Under the pieces are notes generated by a model. That model was given only the letters and a program-made list of their open reading frames with translations, did not search any database and had not been told where the DNA came from. The translations under genes were made by a program, and so were the position numbers. 64,000 bases of DNA from Dicyema japonicum (taxonomy: Eukaryota; Animalia; Dicyemida). Shown in pieces: positions 49,175 to 62,339 of this stretch. Where the stretch lies: NCBI GenBank assembly GCA_011109175.1, contig RDEW01000012.1, positions 1,032,552 to 1,096,551 of the forward strand, given 5' to 3'. Position 1 is the stretch's first letter. The number at the start of each line of letters is the position of its first letter.

Positions 49175-49772
49175 TGATATTTCAAATATACGTTGTTAAA
49201 TTGTATTAAATTGTCTTATTTTGATAGAAAATATGAAGTTTTCAATTATTGTTTGTTTATGTTTTAAAAAATCTAATTATATGGAGAAATTCTTTTTACG
49301 TCGTTAAATCGAATATTGGAATAAATCACTGTATTCAACGGTAAATGAAAAAGTATTTTTTCGGTTGTATTTTGTATTTTTGTGAATTCTTTATATATTA
49401 ATGATTACACAATTATTATATGCTTTTTTGAATAATTAAAATATTAAAAATTATATAATTTAATTTCTATATTCTTTATGGGTACTCTCGTGGTATTCGA
49501 GTCATTGTGGACGACAAAACACTATAACCAGATCTCTTAGAATTATTGCTGCTAAGAACGCCATAGTTTGTCTAGTTTGTCTACGCTGTAGGAATCACTC
49601 ATATCTGGATGGGAGAAATGTTGAGGATCTTTTTACTCGTTCGGAACAGAAGGAATTTTGTAGACTTGCAGGATCCCTTGGATTGAATTGACTGGGCGTT
49701 TTAGTGGTCACCAGCTTCATTCATTTTAGCAGAACTGGATAATTCCTCAACTTTCCCTTTGCTATGACTTCT
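49175..49772 (+). repeat. ~600-bp dispersed duplication, copy 1
   Basis: High-identity direct match to 59676-60271. Confidence 0.9.
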
Positions 49773-49854
49773 AATCTCATGATCCCAGCACGCTCTAGCA
49801 GAGACCTAAACTTGGCTCGATGCTCCTCCCTCGACCACACACATGATAATCATT

Positions 49855-50228
49855 AAGGCGATGTTTTGTCAATATTATATGTTCTTAAAATTGTTAAAAT
49901 TTTCATCAAAAAATGTAGTTTTTAGTCAGAAATAACATATAAATAAAGTTATAGAGTTAATCAATCCGACGGTCTTTTGGTAGGGGGTTGGGTTTCTGGG
50001 TCGTCCTCCACCGAGCATCTATGCTGTGAATCTTCCTTACCTCGTGAAATTCAGGTAAACATGGCGGCTACCGCTGCGGCGTATCACACTACCTTATATA
50101 AGACCGGGCATACAAATTCGTTACTTTCTCTTCCTGTTCACTTTAAGACACAGGACAAATAACCTTTTCTCTTTTCTTGTCCCGCCTTTTGTTTCTCCGC
50201 GCGGAATCAACCTTTTGGATTCTAAGAA
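49855..50228. repeat. ~380-bp dispersed repeat, copy 1
   Basis: Matches 62340-62730; AT-rich part followed by a GC-richer part. Confidence 0.9.
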
Positions 50229-50419
50229 CGTCAGGATATGGTTATAAATTGATTCCTTTTCGGAGTAATTGCAAATCATGGATCACATGACGCCTGACCG
50301 ATACGTGCTAGATGGGGACGAGGGAGGAGCATCGGGCCAAGATGAGGTCCCTGCTAGAGCGTGCTGGGATCACGTAATTGGTTAGTTTGTATAACCGTGG
50401 TCTCTGGTTTTATTATTAT

Positions 50420-50494
50420 TTTGATATCTGCCAATTCTTATTTTTGCCACAATTTCGCTGGAACAAAAAACGGCAAATTTGAGAGAGTTTACTG
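50420..50494 (+). mobile_element. Solo right end of the pogo family
   Basis: tttgccacaatttcg.tggaac...ggcaaatttgagagagtttactg-TA equals 47049-47100. Confidence 0.85.
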
Positions 50495-50889
50495 TATTTT
50501 CATTAGGTCTTATAAATATTTGTCACGTGCTTTTCAAATTAATTAAATTTTCCAAGTAAAGATCTTCCTTGACACAGAGTCAAAAGCTTTGTGGACGTCC
50601 ATCGAGCAAAGTACAGTCTTCATGTGTCCCGGCCTGTTCGAAAAAAACCATATCGTATAAAGTTAGTCAATCCAGATAATTGGGTCTAAGTAGACCTCTC
50701 CTCTTTAAAACCACGTTGAAATGACAAATCCGGGAAAAATATATTATTTTCGCAACTTTTCCAGAATTGTTAACAACGAACACAATAACGAGACCGCTCT
50801 GTGTGAAGCCGGGTCGTTACAATATACTTAATAAATTTATTAATTTATTCTATTTTATTAATTATTTTTACAAATAAAATATTATTTAT

Positions 50890-51490
50890 TAACTATGGGG
50901 GAGAGCGGCTGCTGACATCACGGAGTAAGCGTTTCTGCGGACAACTGTGATACCTATTCTTTGCCTCAGCCAGACCGCTCTTCGCACGTATTTCTCGCGG
51001 TGGGCCAATTTTTTACCCGATTTCTTTTAGGAAAGAGGCTGTAATATTTCCGGCCGCACCAGACGTCTCAATTGCTACCGGTACAAAACGGTTTTAATTT
51101 AAAATTTAAATTATACAAAAAGTCCGTAATAAATTTATTTTAAGGATTATTTTTGTAACTTAGTCTGAATCAGATACACGGTTTTGTTTCTATGAGAAGC
51201 ATCAGAAAGCTCTACGATAATAAAATACTACACCGGCCCTTTCCTCCGATAGACGTCAGAATCCTCTCTTCCGATGTTCGTCCTAGTAAACCTGACTCGT
51301 CTACGATGTGGGCACCACGACTTTCTACCGACGTTTGATGTCCTCTGTCTCTTTGACAACAAATCACCTATTTGAATGTCAAAAATCAGCACAACTTTCG
51401 TCTGCAATGCCGGGACTGAGTGATCTATGGAGGGAACGGCATTTGGTGCTTCACATTTATTATCTGCTGGCCGCCAACAAGTTAGTGAGG
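50890..51490 (-). mobile_element. CRE-like 3' fragment
   Basis: RFVPVAIETSG...FLKEIG; decayed. Confidence 0.65.
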
Positions 51491-51957
51491 CCGGGGTTAC
51501 TTAATTAACTGATTAACATTTTTGTGGTTAGATAATAATAATTTAACAATTTTATAATAATGTTTAATTTTTAACTAAAAAATTATATGTTAATTTTGCT
51601 GCTGGAAAGTGGCGGTCATCAACTAGATAGGACACAGTTGACATAAGATGTCTTGAAGTCCATTGAGAGTAGCCATCAAGTACAAGATATCGAAAGAGAA
51701 CTCCGAATTTCGACTGTATATACGTAACTATATAGTTTTGTAGTCCAAGCTCAAGGTACACAAAGAAATAAAAGCACTCAGAAGCTCTTTGCAGTCCACA
51801 ACAGATCCACAAAAGCACGGATAAGGCTGTCATAGGTTGATCCAGAGACGAATGAATACACACCGTCCTGTTCCAGAACGGAACCAATAAAAGATGATAG
51901 TAACTTATTCAGCCAAGCACAAATTTGTGAATAATTTAATAATCAGACACCTTAATT

Positions 51958-52105
51958 ATTGATTTATATAATTAAAATATAATAAACACAAGTAATTGCC
52001 CAATTGGCTGAGGAGTCAGTTGGTGGTGTGATGGAAAGATTGATATCCCAATGAAGGAAAAAGGAGGCATTAGTACCCCATAAAAGGAAAAAGGGATATT
52101 TTTAT
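51958..52105 (+). repeat. ~150-bp local duplication
   Basis: Matches 53240-53380 (aattgcccaattggctga.gagtcagttggtggtg...ccataaaaggaaaaagggatattttt). Confidence 0.85.
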
Positions 52106-53437
52106 TAATGAGAAAACATTTTTTAGAAAAAGGTAAGGAATTTATTAAAGTCGGCCATTTCCAGGCTAAAATTAGACGTTCGTAAATTTTGATTCAATTG
52201 TCATGAATCTTTCAAACTTCAATTGCAGACTTATTTTAGATCAATAAAATTCATCTGAAATCTTTCATTTTGACCAGAAGCAAAAACGTGGTCAATAAAA
52301 AAAAATTAAACTTTGAAAGGATTCGAAAATTTACAAACTTCACAGTAAAATGTCGTTTTCAGAATTCGTATTCGATTTTGTTGACTCCTTCATGTGAACT
52401 GCCCTGACGTCCACGTGTAGTGTTTTGTCAAGACATCCATTTCAGTTTCATTACCACAGGATATAACTAATCAGTTCAGACAAACACCATTTAGCTAATG
52501 ACAAACCTTTGACTAATTATAGTAAAAATATGAATTTTCTTAAGTAGTTTATGTTTCCTACTCGTTGGGTGTTCAGGGCATTTATTTCGCAAGGCATCAT
52601 TGAATTTCATATTCCAAATAATTTTTCTATAACTTTTGAAGCTACAACATAAAATAATCTAGCCGCGGGAAATTACGATAAAAATTAGGGTTGCCACCAT
52701 AAAAAATAAAATTCTGATGATCAAAGATTGTGCGATTCACCTTTTTCCATTTCCAATAGACAATCGACACAAAAGCTAAGAAAGGAAACTTTAGGAACCT
52801 ATCTTATCATCAATTGGAGAAATGAATCCCACGAGACCTTTGGAATGCAATTCCTCAAATCAAATTATACATATCAATTGAAACAGAATCTCCCCCCGCT
52901 CATAGGAAGCTAATGAAGTATTACGTTTACGTTTCTATAGACATTTCAGAATTCGTAATTTGGTACCTAAAATAACCTCATGTATAGAACTCATTAGTCA
53001 CGATGAGGTTACACAAGAATGAGATAAATTAAGACGCTTTATACGAGTGGTCATGATGGTATTCCTTGAATTCTGTTAATAATTTTGAAGATAGTGCAAT
53101 CAGATCGATCCCGAGAAGAATGGATATCCCAGTTCAGAGGGCGTCTTATTCCATTTCAGAGGACGATATTTTATATACCCCTATTAATGAGAAAATTTTT
53201 TTACGAAATTAATGAGAAAATATTTTTTAAGCAATACTCATTGATTTATATAATTAAAATTAATATAGAAATTGCCCAATTGGCTGAAGAGTCAGTTGGT
53301 GGTGAAAATGAAAGATTGATATACCATTAAAGGAAAAAGGGGGTATCATGATCCCATAAAAGGAAAAAGGGATATTTTTATTTTTTTAAAATAAACCCAC
53401 TTGATTTAAGCAACAATAAAAAGTTAATAGTTAATAA

Positions 53438-53960
53438 TCAACAATCTTCCTTGTCTGCCCGTTCGTCAGCCTCCTCAGACAGGTTCGATTCTGGTTGCTG
53501 AAACAACTCCGAGAGCGCCTTGTCCAATTGAACCCTCTGCTCATATGGCATCTCCTGGCTCTGCTTCCTATACTCTAGTGTCAGTCTCTCTAGGGTCCGT
53601 TTTAATACAGTAGACTGTAGATAGGCCTGGAGCTTCCTATCTACCCCCAACTGCTTCAGATAACCCTTGTGGTACTTTGTTGCAATTCCTTCCCACGTCA
53701 TTACTATAGGAATAACGAGGACCTTGCAACCAAGCATCTGCCCCATCTCGTTTGCAAGAAAGTCATACTTTCTTTTTTTCTCACCTCCACACTCTGCAAA
53801 CGGTCTTGAGACGTGATGCCAACCTCTATGATAAGGACTTGGCCAGACTCCTTATCGTGTACCACAATGTCCGGTTTATTGTGCTGACTAGCACCGAGGT
53901 ACGGATAACACTGTCTACCTTAATTTGGACCCTGGTGTACTCTACTACAGATTTGTATTT
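53438..53960 (-). mobile_element. R4/Dong-like RLE endonuclease C-terminus
   Basis: HNKPDIVV...IIEVGIT...VEVRKKKYDFLANEMGQ...IPIVMTWEG...QAYLQSTVLKRTLE. Confidence 0.85.
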
Positions 53961-54059
53961 CGATTACCGCTTTCACATTGACCAACCATCATCGACAAGA
54001 TACTTAGCAGACAAAAACGCCTGATAGTTCCAAGGTGAATTGCTCGTGTTTTCTTGGTC

Positions 54060-54790
54060 GTTATTATTATTATTTAAGCCAAAGAAACACCGTCTTAACC
54101 AATAACTAATATTCAGGTGATCCCGGCATCTCTCAATAATCGGGCCAGTTTTTCTCGATGCTCCGTCCGTGATCCCCGCATTTTCTATACGGACGGGGGT
54201 CTTTTTCCTTTCCTCTTCTGAAATTGCCTCCAGTTGCCTCTATGATAGACTCGAGTGCTCTGGGGGCAATTTCTTTATCTGTATATTTTTCCAGTAATTT
54301 TATTGCTCTTGACTGGATCTCTTGAATTTTTGTTAGGTTGGTTGCCGACAGGTTAGATTTCCATGCAGCACATGCATAGCTTATTGTTAACTCGGCATAC
54401 TGCTTGTAGAGGGTCCCGATACCTGGCGGATAAATTCCTTCCACAGTTCCAAAGGAAGGCCTTTACAAAATTGATCTTCTTTGCACAGGTTGATATGAGT
54501 AGTTCCACATGGGCTGAGAAGAAGAAAGGTATCAAAAGTTACTCCCAATATCTTCTGCGATTTCTTTTGTGGCATAGGTACTCCATTTAACGTGACATCA
54601 ATTGTTTGCGTTCCCATCTTTCTATTCTTAGTAAATAGAGTGACTGCTGAATTTTCGGAACATGCATTTAATCTATTTTCGCACAACCATCCATATATGT
54701 TATTTAGTATTCCTTGTAGTCTTTCTTTAGCATGTTCGACATTTACGTCCCTTGATGCGACAACTATGTCATCGGCATAGGAAATAGCAT
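54060..54790 (-). mobile_element. 5'-truncated LINE (RT C-terminal half) with (TAA)n tail
   Basis: SYADD near 54775, KILGVTFD; near-identical to 29625-30078. Confidence 0.9.
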
Positions 54791-54912
54791 GTCATTATTA
54801 TTCATAGGTTATATGCATATTTCCAAAATAAAGTCTAAATAAAATAATAGATAACAATTTAATTAAATATTATAAAAAAATAATTTAATTAAAAAAATAG
54901 TAAAATTCCGAG

Positions 54913-55932
54913 ATGTCTTGTAGTTTGTATGAATACCAATCACGTTGAATTTTGTAAAATTTCTTGAGAACAATTATTTTAGAGCTACAAAAGATAAACT
55001 GAAGAATGTCAATTTTCATACAGCTACGAAAAATTCCCAAGACAGATCTTCTGTCACATTGTGGTTACCATCGATTTGAACTTAACCGTCAGGCCCAAGT
55101 CAACGGTTTTAATGCAGAGTCACCAATCATGGACATAAATTGTGACGGTAATTTCTTTTTCCTGTCAGTTTTGCTGGCGGAGCGTTTTAAGAAAATGAAT
55201 CGAGATTCAAAAATACTTGAGCTAAAAAAATCATTTGGATCTGTCAACTGATTAGGCAATTGAAAACCAGTCAAAATAATACATTTTATTTTTGTTGTAC
55301 TACAGGCAGGTAGACATGATTCATGAAATACACAACCCTCGAGATTATTATTCTTCGCTGTTTGGAATACGAGGAACAAATAATATTTTCATTTATTCAG
55401 CAATTATTATTCCAATTTGAAACTAACGGAAGCTTTCCAGAACTGAAAATCATATGGATGATATCCTTTATCAAAATAATAAGGACTTTGGACGGAAACG
55501 AGATACAGTCCGACCCTGAATTGGGGCAGATCCCAGAGGTGGGGCACCCTCATATTAAATAATAATTTACTTTTTGGGAAGGAACTTCTATCTTTCTTTA
55601 ATTTTTTGTGAAGAGTCGAAAATGACCTTTTCACTTCACAGTATGTTGCCTGGTATTCCATTAACAATAAATGATCAAACGGAGAAATTACTATTTCAAT
55701 GAATTGCATAATTGCTGAAATGTTTTTTTTGATTCCTTTGCTTAAGTATTTTCAAATTTTGCAGAAATTTTTCCTTAAAATAAGCATTCTTTAAAAATAA
55801 TATGCCTTAAATATTGCAAATTTTTTTGATTCAATTACAGTTAAAATATTTGTTAATAAATTATATTCCTGGTTTACGCAAAGACGTGCGAGGAGAAAGT
55901 TTTATGCAGAAAACTGGTGGAACGGACAGTGA
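54913..55932 (+). pseudogene. dve/SATB-class (compass/ULD + homeodomain) gene, frameshifted or disabled
   Basis: N-terminal DLLSHCGYH...AQVNGFNAESPIMDINCD resembles the SATB ULD (LLSLGYSH...IQVGKWNPVPLSYVTD); C-terminal SKMTFSLHSMLP...VNKLYSWFTQRRARRK resembles the dve homeodomain (RTSFDPEMELP...VNNVVYWFKNARAAQK); stops at 55792-55800. Confidence 0.55.
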
Positions 55933-57000
55933 ATAGCACGGCACAATCGGAAACCTAAGTATTCATAGGCTTATGGGTAACGTATGAGTTCATTTAACTA
56001 ACTTAAGTGACAATAATTGATGCATATTGTTTTTTGGTTGAGCTGGTGTCGTGGTTCTTAAACATTATGTATAGAAAACACGGAATTCGTGGACTACTCT
56101 TGGGCGTTAGGGTTATATGAAACTGGTTATATGAAGTTTGAACGTTGAAATAATAATATTAGATTTCCACATAATCCAGTATAACTTATAATATATTGAA
56201 TTATTAATTAAAGTAATACTTTTTAGGTTTCTATATTTATTTATCCCATTAAAATTTAATAAAGGGAGAGTTTGTGCTAATTTTATTTTTGTTATCCTAT
56301 GGCGATACCTGTACTAACTTTAACAGATGAGAGAGAAGCTTGTACCCAACCCGTGTCTCCAAAATATAAGTTTAAGTTCTTTTCTAATAGCTCCAATTTA
56401 ATATAACACAAGAGATTGTATATGGATTGAGAGTTCCCTTCAGGGTCGCGAACCTGATTTTATGGAAGAGACATCATACTGTTCTAGGCTATCATTTCTG
56501 TGATCCAACAAGTCCGATCATCTCAACAAATTTTATGATATTGAGTAGAGCACTTAATACTTGTAAGCGTGGAATTGCAGTCATCTTAATGCCTAAAGCG
56601 TACAGCTGAATATAAAAATATCAAAGTAAAAATGATATTCCACCCAATATGTTCAAATGATGATAGTGATTATAAACAGGTGGAATGTATACGCACTATA
56701 ACAAAGATAATACTACTGAGTCACTATTAAGGGGATTTTGCAATGAGATAGTATGTCGCCGCTTCTCTTCGTGTTCTGCCTCGAACCGTTGAGCAGACTC
56801 ATCAATTCCCAATTCGAACAAGTTCCCATCATTTATGAGGAGGTTTATGTTAGTATGAATCACCTATTTTCATTGATGACATAAAACTGAAAATCTACGG
56901 TTCATGAGTGAATGCTTTTGCGTTTTTTTGAGAGAAATCGGTTATGAAAAAAATTTTTTTTTAAATTTAAATTTATTTATAAGCAAAAAAGGACAAAACA

Positions 57001-58560
57001 TTAGTTAGCTGCCCTCTCACTGCGTGGCTGTTCCCTCTCAGAATTGCGAGCGAAAATCGCTCAAACCGCCAACGGCGTTCGCGGAGATCTCTAGTGCATG
57101 AGGTGATCCGGTTTCCAAGAGGTCCGAAAAACTCTAGTGTAGAGGTGGAGTAGGATCCAGAAGTCTCTATAGCAAGGAGAACAAATTAGACATTATCGGG
57201 AAGGTCGCCGTATTTTTCGAGTTTGGTCTTCTCCGCTTTGACGGCTGCAGAACATGCCCTTGAAGCGAACTCGTGAAGATTGTTCGGGGCGAACGTGTCT
57301 TTACATGTCACGTTCCAAACAAGTGGTTTCCCGACCTCAAAGGGAAATATGGTCATCCCGTCCAATCGTTTCCCGTCACTTCTGCGTAACCTGACCGGTT
57401 CAAAAATGGCCGGAATATCCAGCAGCATCCATAGCCCGCTTGACAATCTCATTCAGAGCCTTGTGCCTTGGAGATCTGCCAGCGCTCCTCTTGCTTGCGA
57501 GAGGGTGCAGGCCATAGAGTCTATCAGGATGCCACATCGACATGGGTGAAGTATACATACTTTCAGTCCTAGCCGCAGAGAGATACCACTTCTAACGCAT
57601 CCATTATCCAGAAAGGTGCCAGAGTTCCATTTGGGATGGCGTTTAGCCAAGCTCCGCTCTCAGGGGAAGCCCTTGAAAGCAAACAAGCGCGTCGGTCTGA
57701 TTGGCTGATTCCAGTATGAGTCCGAATGATTTCCAGCACAATAAATTTTCCAGGTTTCGCTGGCAGTCTTGTGAAGGAGGCAAAGGCAGGTTGGTGGCAT
57801 TCCAGGGTTCTCATGCGTGGATTATGTCTTGGTCAATTGAGAATTCTGGTAAGGAGTGTAGAATCCTCCTGACCAAAGGTCGCAGGCCGTGAGTGAAGAC
57901 AGATGTGCAGGAAGTGAGACGTCCAAAGATTCCAAAACCCCAAATCTAACTGGGAGTGTAGCTTTCTTCCATGTAGCATCGTCGAATTTGACATTAAATA
58001 TTTGCTCCGTCGAGCTGAGAAAATACAAATCAAATGCTCAAGCTGCTCCAGTTGGGAATAGTAGGGGCTGTCCTGAGTAAATAGGCGATTCTCTGAATGT
58101 TAAGACTTCTTTTTATGAGGAATAGTGTTGAGTGTGAGTCAAGTAGCTGTAATCTGTCCAGCGATTCGCATAGGAGTTGTTTTTTGTCAAGAAAGACGTG
58201 CTTCATCGCATTCCTAGTGAATGGGGATTCAAGAAAAATCAATTCGTTTTCAGGGGTCGAAATCTCACCAAGAAACAAGGAGTAAAATTTTGGAACAATT
58301 GAATAGAAGTCATCGTCAGCAAGACCACAGTTTGTTATTTCACATTTCGTTGTGTTCAACACAAGACCCATCTCGGACAACGCGGGGATGAATACTTCTA
58401 ACTCCTGGAAGACCGTTTCTAAGACAGCGTCATCGAGGTACCAGATGTTGAGTGAGCATCGAGAGAGTTTCGTAATCATCTCAATTCTGAGGGAGAACAG
58501 CAGTAGTCCGAGGGGCCCTGATGAACACCTGAGGACGATGGAACCATGAAATCCCCGTAA
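57001..58560 (-). mobile_element. CRE-like non-LTR retrotransposon, 5'-truncated, frameshifted
   Basis: WYLDD RT motif, ESGAWLNA, HPCRCG, DGKRLDGMTIFPF..GKPLVWNVTCKDT, KLEKY, LAILRGN. Confidence 0.9.
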
Positions 58561-58631
58561 AACAGACTATTAACAGAATGATTCCGAAGTAAATTGGAGT
58601 AGTACTGAGGAGCCTAAATTACTTTAAAGCT

Positions 58632-59405
58632 ATTCACCTCCGACCTGCGGTCCAAAGAAGAACAAGAAATCTTTATCGGACATACTCGGATACCTGTCAC
58701 AAGGAACCTCTCAATGCTGGGAGTGACATACGACAGGCTGCTTAATTTCACTTACCATGCCATACAGGTCTTCACTAAAGGACTACAGAAATTGAATTTT
58801 GCAAGTACCCTCATCCAAGTTTAAAATCTGCTGGTCCCCTACTGGTTAGTGAGGCAGGGGATTCAATAATGACCTAGGCAATATGACCACTGTATGGCAG
58901 CAAAAATATTAAGATTGGACATCTTCCAGTGATCTTTAGAAGACCGTGGCTGAACAGGTCCCTTCATAATGGCAATTATGGAGGCGAAATATTCGGATGA
59001 TTGCCGCCAAGTTCAAAACTTGGAGTGTCTGTAGTATGGACGTCTTGATAGGACACGAGGAGGTTACGAATGACGCTGTTTTCGAATTCTGTTTTAGTAG
59101 TAAGAGACAACCCTCATTTCAAAACCCACAATAGGCCGGTCACGAATGTGTAGTTTCCGTGATTTAGCAAAATTAAAATCCACGTGGATCCAGCAATTTT
59201 GTAAGTACTAAAACTGAAGAGACCTGTAAAAGACCCGATCTATTATCCATGGGCATTAACCGAACGCTGATCTACCATAAAGAGCTGGTTGTGATTGGGA
59301 GTGAGTTGATCTGATAACATCCACCAGAAGACTTGTGAGCTGTAGATCGAGTGAAACCCTCATATACTCAGGTGAGATAAATTAATATATTTTAATATTC
59401 AATAA
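58632..59405 (+). mobile_element. 5'-truncated LINE bounded by a 29-bp direct repeat
   Basis: MLGVTYDRLLNF; identical tactgaggagcctaaattactttaaagct at 58603-58631 and 59406-59434. Confidence 0.8.
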
Positions 59406-59675
59406 TACTGAGGAGCCTAAATTACTTTAAAGCTGAAAGTTACTCAAGTATTATAAAATCGTATATAATTTGATAAGATTTAGTATATATTAATTTTTAG
59501 TGAAAGTTAATAAAATATTTAAGCAATAATGATTTTTTACAATGAAAAAACAGTAATAGAAAAGATAAAGAGACTCTTTAAGTCCATGAGAAAAACTGAA
59601 AACAGGGGTAATCAGTTTCAGGGGAATAGAAGCCCGCAATATATCTATGTTAAATCCTGACGTTCTAAATTCAAA

Positions 59676-60271
59676 TATATTTCAAATATACGTTGTTAAA
59701 TTGTATTAAATTGTTTTATTTTGATAGAAAATATGAAGTTTTCAATTTTTGTTTGTTTATGTTCTACAAATCTAATTATAATGAGAAATTCTTTTTACGT
59801 CGTTAAAATTGAATATTGGAATAAATCACTGTATTCAACGGTAACTGAAGAAGTATTTTTTCGGTTATATTTTAGTATTTTTGTGAATTCTTTATATATT
59901 AATGATTACACAATTATTATATGCTTTCTTGAATAATTAAAATATTAAAAATTATATAATTTAATTTTTCTATATTCTATGGGTACACTCGTGGTATTCG
60001 AGTCATTGTGGACGACAAAACACTATAACCAGACCTTTTAGAATTATTGCTGCTAAGAACGCCATAGTTTCTCTGGTCTGCCTACGCTGTAGGAATCACT
60101 CATATCTGAATGGGAGAAAAGTTGAGGATCTTTCTACTCGTTCAAGAACAGAAGGAATGTTTGTAGACTTGAGGATCGCTGGGATTGAATTGACTGGGCG
60201 TTTTAAATGGTCGTCAGCTTCATTCATTTTAGCAAAACTGGGATAATTCCTTAACTTGCCCTTTGACTTCT
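59676..60271 (+). repeat. ~600-bp dispersed duplication, copy 2
   Basis: Matches 49175-49772. Confidence 0.9.
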
Positions 60272-61839
60272 GCAAATGATTGCATATGTTACCTCCTTAG
60301 ACATCTTTAAAGTTCGTTCCCGTACGATATTCTTCATTATTCCCCCTACTCGTTTGGCTCCCTCTTGTTAATTATGTCTCAGAGGTTATGTCTTCTCTAA
60401 TTGGGGGTGATCTAGGTGGAACTCATAAAGGTCGTGATGTTACAAGGCAATGTATTCTTTGGAAAAGCATCAAGTTCTTTAGAAATATTTCACATGCTTC
60501 CAAATGGATACGTATTTTAAATCCCCCAGTTATCCTTGCAAAAATTGTTTACTGGGACTCAGAAGCAGCTAAAGAAAAGAAGCAATACCGTATCAGTAAT
60601 ACCTGAATCAGTAACTGGAATGTCTACGAGGATTCACATACAGAAGGTTTGACATTCTTGATGGTTTTCCTCCTTTTATGATTTATCAACATAACTGCTC
60701 TTCTCCTCACAGTGTTAAAACCGCCAAGAATATCACGCTCCTTTGTTGTTATTACAGTCAGGTTCCCTTTCTCAATGCCAGTTCTGCTTTAGTTATTTAA
60801 TGTCCTATTACTCTATAAAGGAATATCAAACTGAAATAGAGTAATATAGGCTCTATCTGTAGAGTCATTCCTTCTACCGAAACTACAGATCTACTCGGTG
60901 TTTATCTATTTTTACCAGAGGTGCTAACCTTGGAGAAACTATCTAGTGGAAATTTTCTAGTATAAACATAACTAATCCAGTAAAAAGGTTATTATAACCA
61001 TCAGATTTTTGTTAATGATTATTAAAGAGCTACAAAGGCAATTTACTGATCCGACAGTTTTAATGTCTGAAAATCCCCTGTGTTTATTGGTTAGTTTGCC
61101 GAATTACGCGGTGTAATAGGTGCTGGAGCAAATCCAGATTGTGCTGAGTTCAAATTTCTCTACTGTCTACTTTGGCAGAAGGTTCCACGCATCTACGACG
61201 CTTCTGGGATTGGAGAGTAACATCGTCATCAGTGGAGCTGGATTATCTCAGGAACTCACACACAACAAAAAGAAAAGACAAGTAGTTAAGAACACCTTAG
61301 ATGTCTTGATTAATTACAATAACAGATCTATACTTCTTAAATAAACTATTTGCTTTGCCAAGCTGAGATGAGTAATGGAAACATTATTACTCAGTGACGG
61401 AAGGGCTGAATTATTATTTATTATTTCGTTGACATAGAAGAAAATATATTTTTTTACAAAGAACACGAAAAAATTGGTGACTCAAACTATAGTAGAATAT
61501 ATAAGGCAAGGTATGATGTGAATATGTTATGATTGAATTTCCACTATTGACAGAAAAGGCGTGATAATTAATACGGATTAGAAAAACTAGTGGGACAACT
61601 CACTCAATTAATATTCTCACGTGGAAGACTAAACTGGTTAATCTGAACATACTTGGTTCTCAGACTTTTTCCATAGAGTCGTCATAGAGTCGTGATTAGG
61701 TTGCTTATATCACAAAAATAAGTTTTAAACTCAGCTTCGGTTGAGGTGCGTAATTTCAGGACATTCGATAATCAAAAATACGAGAAAACAAAAATTTTAC
61801 GATCAAAGACAAGAATACAGTCGGTATTATTAATCTTTT

Positions 61840-62307
61840 TCATGACGTATTTCTCAGCTTTATATACGTGTCCTGGACCTTTGATCTCCTCTTGAAGCCA
61901 TTGATCCGATCCTCCACAATCTTGCTAATCGGTTCTAAGAGTTTGTTTTCGTCTTCGCTTAGACAGTTTTTCAGTTTCTTGTTTAAGGAGAGCTTAATTG
62001 CAGCTCTTCTAGTTTTCTCTAGGAGAGATAAGATCTTGTCCCTCTTCGGAGAAAATAACCACCCCTCGCACCCATAAAGTAGGCTAGGGAGAATAACTCT
62101 CTTGAAGATAAACAGGTAAGTGTCACGGCTAACGTGTAACTTCCGTGTACATAGGAGCGACTGAAAGGCTCTCTTTCTCCTCCCCTTTATGTCGTCCATG
62201 TAATCTCCTGCCTGTCTATAGTCGACCCCCAGGTAGCGCAGACTGTGTGAATTGTTTACTTCCAGTGTGTATTCTTGTTTTTCAAACTGCTTATTCGGAG
62301 TGCGCAA
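61840..62307 (-). mobile_element. LINE ORF2 C-terminal fragment
   Basis: LRYLG...FKRVILPSLLYGCEGW; open frame of 155 aa; second copy at 15180. Confidence 0.85.
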
Positions 62308-62339
62308 GATTCTTCATCAGAGTGTTATATTATATGTTC

